NCBI GenBank assembly: GCA_965178125.1
Contig: OZ237765.1
Coordinates: forward strand, 806,001-851,504
Direction of reading: 5' to 3'
Length of the DNA stretch: 45,504 nt
Source of the DNA: Bilabrum cf. latius
Taxonomy: Eukaryota
Part shown: positions 10,717-20,808 of the stretch, in pieces
Numbering within the stretch: the first letter of the stretch is position 1
How the letters are laid out: each line of letters begins with the position of its first letter
Translations under genes and position numbers: made by a program
The notes under the pieces: model-generated
What the model saw: the letters and a program-made list of their open reading frames with translations, nothing else
Told to the model about the DNA's origin: nothing
The model's database searches: none

Positions 10717-13700
10717 TCATGGGGTAGGGTCAATGGTGGCCAGCAGGTGCGGCAGCCTCTCATGCAGCGTCTGCTGCACGCGCCAGAGCAGATCCGTGGC
10801 TCCGAACCTCGTCTCGGTGCATACCCCCAGCGCCTTGGCCAGCAGCTCCGCGGGGCCCTCCTGCCCGGGCTCGGACGCCCCAGTGGCGGACCGAAGGGCG
10901 CCGGCCTCGGACACCTGCAGCCCAGCCACGGCAGCCGACACGAGCGCTTCGGCAGCGGCCTTGTGCCCCTTTCTCGGCGTTACTGTGGGCGCCGTGTCGT
11001 GCACGCGCCCCAGGGCCAGCACGCCGCCCAGCACCCGCAGCACAGAGGCTGCCTCCTCCCTGAGAGCGCGCAGGGCCAGGGCAACCCGGCCCATGGCCGT
11101 GCCCTTGGCTTTCTCGTCGGCCGCAGCCGCCGCTGCTGTGGAGCTGGCCGTGGACCCACCGGCGGCGGCTCCATCGGCCGCCCCCGCTCCGCCCTTGCCT
11201 CGCTTGCCGCCCCGCTTGCGGCCACGCTTGCCCCCGGTCGCCTGCCCGGAGCCGCCTCCGCCCGTGATCACAGAGGCGCCCTGTGTCAGGGCCATGGCGG
11301 CATCTCCGCGGAACTTGAGCGCGGCCTGGGCGGGCGCCGACCTGGGCTCTGCCACAGCCAACAGCTCCTCGGGGAAGAGCCTCTCGATGGCGCTGGCGGC
11401 GATGGGCAGCAGCAGCAGCGTCTCGCCCACCAGCGGCGCCACCGATGCCAGGAACCCTGGGGCCACGGCGCCGGCAGCGGCGGACTTGGCAGCCACCTCT
11501 GCGGCGGCAGCAGGCTCGTCCTACAGATGGCCCGCCTCGGCCACTCGCCTGGCGGCAGCGAGCGCCCTGGGCACGGCCCCCGGCATGTGGTACTGCGCGC
11601 ACGTGGCGGCCACCGCGAGCCTGAGGGAAGCCTGCGCAGCCTTGAGCTTGGCCTCCGCCTGCGTCCAGTGCCCCTCGGCCGCCTTCGCCTTGTCCTCCCC
11701 GTCCTGCGCCTGGTCCCTGGCCTCGAGGGCCCTGAGCCTCTCCGAGTCCTCGCCCACCTCCTCGTCGTCGGGCTTGAGGCTCTCCAGGACGTTCTTGGCC
11801 GTGGCGCGGTCCGCCTCCTTCTGGGCCTTGGTCTTGGACAGCTTCTTGCCCTTCTTCTTGCCCTTGCCGCGCTTGCCCTTGCGCCCCTTCTTGCCGCTCG
11901 AGGCGCCCGGGTCGGCTGCCTCTGCCTCTGCCTCCGCGGCTCCTCCCTCGGCCGCCTCGCTGATGGCCACGCTCTCGGCGTAGTCCGCGGCCGCCTCCTC
12001 GGCAGAGGTGCCCTCCTCATCGATCACGATGGGCACTGCCTTCAGGGAGCCCTCGCAGCGGGCGGCCCGGCTGGCAGACAGTGCCGCGTCCACGGCGCGG
12101 AGGGATGCAGACCAGGCGGCCCAGGGGGCCTCCTTCCACGGCGCGTTGTCGCAGTCGTCCAGTGCGCACCTCTGGGCGGCACGGGGGTCGCGCAGGGGCT
12201 GCACGCCTGCCGGGGCCGCCTCCAGCAGCTCCGGCTGCACGCGTGCCTCCACCAGCGCGGGCTCGGTGGCCAGCAGCCTGAGGGCGGGCAGCCTGGAGCC
12301 CTCCTCGCCCTTGACCAGAGCGGCCGTGTGCGCCGCCACGGCCTCCTTGGCGGACCGCAGATCCACGTCCGCGGGCCTGTCCCCGGCGTGCATGCCCCGG
12401 GCGGCCAGCCTGACGGCTCCCGCGTCAGAGGCACCGGCGGCCAGCCCAGCATCGGCCCGGGCCACGATGGGCGTGTCCTCGCCCTCGCCCGCAGCCGCCT
12501 TCTGCTCCTCGCTGGGCAGCAGCCCGCACAGGCACAGCTGCTGCTTGAGCCGCATCAGCGCGTCGGCAGCGCCGCCCGGCCGCGCCGCCAGCAGCCGGTG
12601 CAGCAGCCTCAGCAGCAGGGTGCGCCTGCACACGCCGGCCACCGCCAGCCGCCTCTCGAGCCGCTGCCGCATGCCGATGGCAGACCCGGGGGCCGCCTCG
12701 TAAGACCCCGGCTGCAGCTGGCGGTCCGTCAGGTCAACGCTCTGCCGGAGCAGCGCCTCGGGGGGAGCTCCGAAGCCGAGCAGGTCGCGGCCCAGCCGCT
12801 CGCCCGTGCGTGCTGGGATGGTGGCGGACCGCACCGCCACACGGAGGTCCTCCAGCGGGGCCACGGGCAGCACGATGGCCGTCTGCGTGGAGTTGGCCTG
12901 GGCCAGCACCAGGGACCGAGCCATGCGCTCCCTGAGTCGGGCGAAGTGCACCACCTGGTGCAGCGTGTTGCGCAGCATCGCCACGCGCTGCACGGAGCCC
13001 AGCTGCGCCTGCTGCTGCTGGTTGCCCATGATCACCCGCTCCGCCAGTCCCTGCAGCTCGGAGTACGACCCCAGCCGTTCCAGGTCGGGGGCAAAGTGCG
13101 AGCTCACGCTCTCCCACTGCACGGACCGCACCCGGAGGTCATCCAGCACCCCGTGCGCCTCCTTGGCCGCACCCACCCAGGCAAGCAGCTTGGCACGCAG
13201 CAGCTGGGTGCGGTAGTCCGCGGTCCTGTCCTCCCTGGCCAGCTCGCACAGGGCAAGCGCCTCGAGGACGCAGTGCCGGGCCGCGGCCCTCGAGGCGGGG
13301 CTACCCTGCCCGCGCCTGACGTGCGCCTGGGCGGCATCAGCTAGGTAAGACGCCGCGATCACGGGCAGCTGGTCCGTGGGCAGGGTCGAGTCCCTGGCGC
13401 TCTGCTCCTGCGACTCGCGCACGATCCTGGCGAGCGCCTCAAGGGCGCGCTGCTTGCGGCGGGTCTCCTCGTCCCCTTGTCCCTGCACGTGCTTGAGCCG
13501 CTGCTGCCTCAGGCGCGCCGCCTTCTCCACGGCAGAGTGTGAGGCGGCCCCGGCCCTGCGCAGCTCGGCGGCAAGGCCACGGGTGACTCTGTACACAATG
13601 CCCGCCCGCCTGGCCTGATCCACCAGCGCCGCGGGGTCCTCAGGGTCGACGGTGCCCAGCACGCGCTGCGCCCGCATGGCCGACAAGAAGTGGCCGAGGC

Positions 13701-16700
13701 CAGCCCTTGCGCGAGCGATGGCCACCCTGTCCGCGGGCTTAGCAAAGTGCCTCCACCCGCGGGGCATGTCCGCGAGCCGTTGCGACTGCTCCTTCTGCCC
13801 GTCGGTGCCCTAGGAACCAGCACCGGCAGCACCGCCGCTCGCCCCTGCGCCCGAAGCCGCCTCCTTGCCCTCCTCCGCGCCCTCGCTCTTGCCCTGGGCC
13901 GCCTCGATCTCGGCCTCGGTCAAACCGGCGGCCTCCGCGGCCTGCGTCGCGGCGGCGTTCACGATGGTCTCGAGCGGCCGCAGCGGGGGCAGGCCCGAGT
14001 GCTTGGCGCCCATCTCCTCGGCGCACTCCCGGGGCACCGCCACGTCCATGTAGGGCTCCACCACGGCGCGAGCCAGCGCCGCCCGCGCTGCTTCCGAGGG
14101 CTGGAAGTGGGGCCGCTCCGACGGCTCCCCGTTGCGCAGGGGCATGGAGCCGTCCGCGATGGGCCGGCTGTTGCTGCCGTTCAGGTACACGAGGGGCAGC
14201 CCCGAGCTGCGGGTGACGGCTCCCTCGATCCACTGGGCCTGGATGGCCTCCTTGCAGCCGTCCTGCGGCTCCGTGGCAGAGAACGACTCGGCGTCCGCAT
14301 GCGCTGCAGCATAGCTCCGGGCGAAGGGCGCGAGGCTCTCCTCCACCTGCGACACGCTGGCCTGCTCGGAGCCGTGTCGGGCGACCCACTCGGCCAGCAG
14401 CCGCACCATGGTCGCGCTGGGGTCCTTGGCTGCAGCCAGTGCGTCTGCCTCCTTGGCTGCAGCGCGCCCTCCCGCCAGCACGAACGGTGCCGCGGCGGCG
14501 CCCTCCTTGCCCATGGCCTCGTCCACGCTCATCTCGGGGGCGGCCTCCCCCTTGGCCAGGCGGGCGTCCTCCGCCTCAGCCAGCTTGGCGTCCTCCTCGG
14601 CGGCGGCAGGGATGCCAGACACGGCAGCAGCTGCTTCCCCTGAGCCGGCCTTGCCGTCTGTGGCGTCCAGCAGCCTGCCTTCGAGGTACACGAGGCCTAG
14701 GAGCGCAGCCACGGCCCGCTGCCGCCTGCCCATAGAAGTCTGCTGCACCCTAGACCGGGGGTACACCCCGGTGGTGCTCGTGGGGTCGTCTGCATCCCGG
14801 ATGATCCAACGGAGGAATCCACGGATGGCACCCACAGACATCTCCTCAGGGGGCTGCGTGACGGTGCGAGGGCCCGTGTCCTCCTCCCCCTCCTCCTCGC
14901 CATCGCCCTCCTCCTTCTTGCTGGGCTCGTCGTCCTCGCCCTTGCTCTCTTCCGTCCCCTCCGTCTTCTTGTCCTCTCCTTCCTTCTCCCCTTCCTCCTT
15001 CTTCTTCTTGGGGGCCTTGGCCAGAGGAAGCAGCATCTCAGCCTCCTCCACCTCTAGATCCGTGCACACCGCCTCCACGGGCAGCACCAGCGGCTGTTGC
15101 ACGTCTTCCAGCCCGGGCGCGCTCGGCGGCTCCTCCTTCTGCACCCTCTTGAGGATGTCCGTGATGACCTGCTTGGCGCGCTCCAGTCGGGCGTCCTGCT
15201 CCTTCTTGGCTGCCTCCCGCTTGGCCTTCTTGGTCTCTTCGTCCTCCTCTTCTTCCTCCTCCTCCTTGCCCTTGCCGTCCTCACCGGCACCCGAAGCGGC
15301 GCCACCCTCTGCCTTGGCACCTCCTGCCTCTTCCTTCTTCTTGTCCTCTTCCTCCTTCTTGTCCTTCTCCTCCGCCTTGATGGCCTCCAGACCCGCCTGC
15401 ACCACAGGGTCGGTCACGTCCAGTTCGGCTTCCTCCTCCTCGCGGCCCTGCGTGCGCCGGAAGAGCGCCACAAGCCCCGAGTCCACCACGGCCCGGATGG
15501 CAGACCAGTCCATGTCGTCGGACAGCTGGGCCAGAGTGCGCCTCAGCTCCTAGTGCGCCTCCCTCCACCGACCCGCCTGTCCCAGCAGCTCTGCCATCTC
15601 CGCGCGCTCGTGGGACTGCTGCAGCACACGTCTGATCACATACTGCTGCACGGGCCGCACTGCCACCCTTTGCTTGCCCTTGCCCTCCCCCTCACCGCTC
15701 TCGCCCTCCTTGCCAGGCAGCAGCACAGGAACGTACCTCTGCTCGAGGGCCGCCCGGCGGTTGATGGGCCCGTTCAAGATGCGCAGGGCCTCCACGGGCC
15801 GCCTCGCCAGCTGCAAGGCATACAGCAGCAGGTGCACAGACTCTGGCTGCCTGTCCTCCAGCGGGTTGGCAAGCAGTGCAGAGGTCACGCGCTGCAGCAC
15901 GGCGGCTGCGCCCGCATCGCGGCGCTCGGCCGCCTTGGCCGCCCCTCGACTGGGCGCCGCTTCGCCCCCTGCAGCCGCCCCCGCCACTGCCTTGGCCTCT
16001 GCGGCGTCCCCAATGCGGGGGCACACCCCCACGGTCACCGGCGCCTCTGTGTCCATGAGGGCAGCCACGGCGGACCACTGCAGGAAACGGCGCGCCCCCA
16101 GCCGCTCCAGCTGCTTGGCGGTGATCTCGGCCCGGTCCTCAATGCTCATGCTGGACTCATCCTTGCCTCCAGCCGGGCCCGTCTCGCCAGTGGCACCCTC
16201 GCCCTCGGGGCCCTAGGCAGAAGCAGCATCCCCGCCCGCGCCCGCGCCAGTATCAGCGGCCTCGTCGGCCCGCTCCACCGCGGCGGCCTGTGCCTTGGCC
16301 CTGGCCGCCTCCTTGCTGCGCTCCTCGTCGAGGATGCGCGCCTTGCCCGCCTCTCGCAGGATGACGGGGGCCACGCGACTGAGGGTCGCGCTGGACTGCG
16401 GGCGGGGGACAGAGCAAGGGGCCGGGAGGGATCAACGAATCTGACGCAAGGATCTCAGAGATGCTGTTGCATTACTTGTTGTTGCTATGGGGTGCCGGGT
16501 AGCGGCGGTAGCCTGCATCTTACCTTGTTGAGAGCACCGTATTCGCCGTTCACCAGCTGGGCAACAGCGTGCTCTTGCAGGAACATGAGGCGGTCGACTT
16601 GGGATTTCTTCTCTTTCTTGGCACGGCTGGCAAGCGCATCCGCAAACGACCTCAGGATGCCGGCGTCGCCGACGAAGCGGCAAGCGTCGCCAGTGATCTC

Positions 16701-17128
16701 CACGGCGTCAGGATCCATCTTGGGAACTAGTGCCTGCAGAGATACAAACGAAAGCGTTCGGCCATGCCAATCAGTAAGCAGGGTAGTGCATTATTCGACA
16801 GCACGCAGCGGACCTCCCGGTTGCCAAACTTGGTGCCAGCTGCGCGCGAACAGTGTGACATCACGATTCCATCGGGCCATGGATGGGTTCTCACAAGCAA
16901 ATCGTCCACCAGCTGCTGGTTCGTCATTATTCCCTATACCCTGATCTTAACAAATGCAGCGGCCGCCTTTCCCACCGGAGTCTCGCTGATCGGCTGTTCG
17001 CCCGCAACTTGTGCCACGGTCTACAGATCTTGGCGACGGTAGGCTGCAAGCAATGTTTGCTTCTGTTGCTATTGCTGCTGCTGCAGCCTAAGAAGAAGCT
17101 TTTGGGTATCCATACTTGCGGATGCCAT
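10717..17128 (-). CDS. NAA25: NatB N-acetyltransferase auxiliary subunit (NAA25/MDM20-like), ~2067 aa; exons 17128-16814, 16733-16524, 16395-10717
   Basis: Motifs ESVHLLLYALQL, GRWREAH*ELRRTLAQLSDDMDW and LEALALCELAREDRTADYRTQLLRAKLLAWVGAAKEAHGVLDDLRVRSVQWESVS (cf. LDxKxIQxDT of MDM20). TAGs at 17069, 17021, 16934, 16213, 15550, 13810 and 11521. Two GT-AG introns restore the frame. Ends TGA-TGA. Confidence 0.75.
16396..16523 (-). other. Spliceosomal intron, 128 nt, phase 0
   Basis: AAG|GTAAGA ... CCCCCGCCCGCAG|TCC. Removing it restores the frame into the 5.7-kb exon. Confidence 0.8.
16734..16813 (-). other. Spliceosomal intron, 80 nt, phase 0
   Basis: GAG|GTCCGC ... TTTGTATCTCTGCAG|GCA. Removing it joins two open frames. 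Confidence 0.7.
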
Positions 17129-17326
17129 CGCGATTCTGGCACGAGTAAGCCAGAACAAGGTGAGTTTGCGGTACTGGTGCAAAGCGGGGTACAGAATGCG
17201 CGGCGCCCAAATGGTTCCGCTTGCAGTTGGCCCACCCCGGCAGATCCGATGCGTCCCGCCATGCGTTCAAGATTCAGTGTAGCTCCGGCTGCCATGAACC
17301 GCTGGAAAATATGTATCTTGCAAATC

Positions 17327-20300
17327 ATGGCAGCGCAAAGCTCGTCACGGTGTGGTCGGTGTGCATCCATCAGGATGAGGAGCGATACTGCAGCTTCGAA
17401 ACAACGAAAGATGGGAGGCCCGCGGCGGAAGTTCCGATTTGCTTTCAGGCCAGACACGGGAGGCATGCAGCGTTGGCAAGACTCCATGAGGCATACTCCG
17501 GCGGAACCCAAGGGGCGCGCCATCGAACTCAGTGACGAGGTGCAGAATGCGCTGGCTCGGAGTGATTTGCGGTCTTTGAGATGGCACCTCAGGGAATTCG
17601 AGTCAATGGGAGTACCAGTGCCGCCGTCTGTATACACTGCCATGCTGTACCGCTTTGCGTCATCCATGCGGACGTTTGAGGCGCAGGCGGGCCACCGGCG
17701 CGCTGTGCAGGAAGGTGTCCGGCCCAACCGGGAAGCCATGGGGGCGATGGTGCTGGCCGCCGCACGAGCAACCTCTTCCCTCCAGCTGGGCATGCTGGCT
17801 CGAGATGCCGCCCCGGTAGTCTCTGAGACGGGGCAGTCGCGCTTCACAGCGGGGGCGGTGCTCGCAGGCCTGGGCATCCAGGGGGAGGGGGCCTAGGTGG
17901 CGGAGGTGCTGAGGGACCTGAGGGAAGGGCCTAACGGACTGTTGCTGTCCAGCGCAGCCCTCAGCGAGGCCACCCGCTTGCTGCAGATGCAGGCACTGGG
18001 CATGACCACGGAGAGGAGGCTAATGGGCCTGCAGACCCTGCTGGTGGCGGTGGCGGAGGGGGGAGGGGAGCACGAGGACGAGCTGGGGCACGAGATGGCG
18101 GATGGCGGAGGGGAGATGCAGCCCAGTGATGGAAGCGGGGGAATCGATGGTGGTGGTGTCGAGGACCCGCTGGAGCTTCCGGGCGAAGGGCACGGAGTCC
18201 GCCAGGGCCGGCAGCAGGAGTGGGGGGAGGGGTCAGGGTCAGGCGACTCCGCCTAGGCTAGCTCGCCCGACTCTGGGGCCCACGGAAGCGTTGGGGTCGA
18301 GCGGGAGTCCCCTTCGGTAGATCCTGGCTGGATGCAGGAAGAGGACCTCCGGCCGGGCCTGCTGCAGGTGCGGGCCGGGCTGCCTCCTCTCGCTTGGGAC
18401 CCCCTGCGCCGGCTAATGCTCCGTCTTCTCGTGTCAGACCACTCACACACATTGCTGCTAGCTGCGCTGGGTCATCCTGCTGTGCTACTAGCAGCTCCTG
18501 CTGGCACACTGTCGCTGTGTCTGACCGCGTTGGGACACTTGCTGGGGCAGCCGGGCGGGCTCAGCACCCCCATGCGTGCACGCGCGGCGGAGGCAGTGCT
18601 GGTGCTAGAGTCGCTCCTGCAGATGGAAGGGGTTGGACTGGGTGAAGCTGCCGCGGGGGCGTGTCTGGCCGCAGCCGTTCCAGCCTCGGGCAGCGCGGAC
18701 AACAGGCCCGCCGCCGAGGGGGGCAGGCGGGGACGCCCGCGTGGATCTGGAGCAGGGGCTAGCCCGCGCGGGCAGCATGACGAGCAGGTATCGAGCCAAG
18801 CTCGTGCCCTCACGGTGCAATAGAAGATGGCTAAACAGGCAGATGCGGTGCGGCGCTTGCTCTGGAAGCTGCACCCGGCTGACAGGCGTGCTGCAGGAGG
18901 TCTGGCGGCCAACGGGCTGCACGAGCCAGCAGCCACTGCCTCGGTGGCTCGCAGGTTGGCCCAGGAGCTGCCTGGGCCCGCAGTGAGGCAGGAGTCGTGC
19001 GATGCCCGAGACAGCGCCGATGCGAGAGTGGGTGCCGAGTCGGCTGGTCCCGGCCTTGAGCCGGCTGTCCCTCCCGAGGTGCCCATCGTGCTCCGCGGTC
19101 TGGCTCGCATCAATCTGGCCCAGTCCCAGCACGGGCTAGCGGCACTGGGGCCCACGCAGGACTGCTCCCTGGGACTGGGGCTGCGAGCCGCGGTTGCCCT
19201 TGCGGTGCACAGGTCTGACGGTGGCCTGGAGGCGCCCTTGCTGGAGGTGCTCTCTAGGGCGGCCGCCTTCGACGTGAGGCTGTCGAGGGAGGATGCCCTG
19301 CCGCTGGCAAGGGCACTCGTGGGGGCCCCTGGGGAAGGCCAAGTTGGCGTGGGGGAGGGAAATGTGAAAGGGGGGGGAGGATCCGAAGGTCGCAGTGAGG
19401 GGTCGCTCGGTGTGGGTTACTACCCGTGGGTGCGGGCTCACGAGTTGAGTGCCCCATCCACCGGTCGATTGGCAGAGGACATGAGGTAGCTGCGAGTGTC
19501 GCTCAGGAACATGGTGGGAGAAGATGACGAGGGAGACTGTAGGAGGGAGTATACGGCAGTGGAGCCGATACGGGGTGCCTAGGACCCGGTGGGGGCTGCT
19601 TGGGCCTCTCTGGATCGGATGGAGCAGGAGGGGCTTCGGGAGCTGCACGAGGATGGGGCATTGGCGCGCGAGCTGGGTGTGGCTCAGAAGGACAGGGATG
19701 CCCTAGATGCCGCCATGCGGCAGCTCGAGGCGCAGCAAAAACTCGAGAGGGGTATCGTGTTGGGTGCCCCGGAGCGCAGCGTGGAGGAGACGGCTGAGCT
19801 GCTGGCAGGACTGCCAGGGCACAGGCTCGCTCGTTTGCTCCTTGTTCTGTGCACCTCCAGAGGAGGGCAGGAGGGGGCTGCGTAGGAGAAAGAGCTGTAG
19901 ATGATGCGAGCAGAGGCAGCGAGGTTGCGCGATGACGAGGGCTAGGAGGGTGTGGAGGAGGGCGATGGCGAGGGGGGCGATGGCTTTGAGGCAGCTTGTG
20001 AGGACCCGTGGAGAGGGGCTGGTGCCTGGGCCAGCATGCACCCGGTCTGCGCCCGCTATGCCAGCTGCGTGCGCACTGCAGTGCGGCACTAGATCGATGC
20101 CTCGGAGCTGGCCTTTGGGCTGTCTTCAACCCAAGGGGCCGCAAGCAAAACCCCAGACACTGGCACTGGCTAGCCAGTACCGGCAGGCTGCTGCATCGCA
20201 AGCAATGAGCCAAGCCCTGCAGCGTCGTCTTCAGGCTTTCCAGCGGGAGCTTTGGCTGCAGCATCCGTGGTATCACACGCGTGGGGCCGGGACGCGACAT

Positions 20301-20551
20301 GTCCCTCCCCTCTCGGCAGCGGCGGGCAGGTGGGCATCAGGTGGGAGTGCCTGTAGGGAGCATTCGAGCTGCGGCCGCATGCCACCGATAGGGTTGGATC
20401 AATCGGTTTAAGTGACTCCAGTGGCAACAGCGATGCTGTGCTGTAGCTGGGTGATTCCTTCGTGCTGAGCCGAGAGGACGACGAAAGCCTGCAGCTCGAC
20501 AGCCCGGCCCTCATCAGGGAGGCCCTCAGGGAGTTTGACTCCAGGCCTTGA
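17327..20551 (+). CDS. Protein with N-terminal PPR-like helical repeats (possibly organellar RNA-binding), ~1074 aa
   Basis: GVPVPPSVYTAMLYRFA...EAQAGHRRAVQEGVRPNREAMGAMVLAAAR resembles PPR motifs, and the N-terminus is Arg/Ser-rich. One frame carries 12 TAGs (17894, 18254, 18821, 19487, 19580, 19883, 19898, 19943, 20090, 20171, 20354, 20444) and no TAA or TGA until TGA 20549. Start codon uncertain. Confidence 0.7.
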
Positions 20552-20808
20552 GTGCAAGATGAGCCCTCTGCCATATTGTAGAACTACCAGACAGAAGGTT
20601 TTGCATCAATAATTCAAGCGTTTTCAGCCGAGTGCGTTGTCTAGAGTCTAGACCCTTCCAAAAACGATATTCGTACCCAGCACCAGTTTGTGAGGTACAG
20701 ATTCAATCATTAAAATCCGATAAAGCGCTGGCTCTCGCTCGGTGTGCAAGGCGTACAGTGAACCTGGCCTTAGCCTCTCAGGGTAGGTTGCAGTCCTCCA
20801 GCTAGAAC

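Noticed and set aside
10669-16944. Long plus-strand ORFs (891 aa, 416 aa, 615 aa and others), and similar ones opposite NOP9 and the acidic protein
   Set aside because: Antisense shadows of very GC-rich coding sequence with no motifs; the opposite strand carries the recognisable proteins.
17129-17295. Extra upstream NAA25 exon (MAAGATLNLERMAGRIGSAG)
   Set aside because: The obvious GT donor and CAG acceptor are in incompatible phases, so it is not supported without transcripts.
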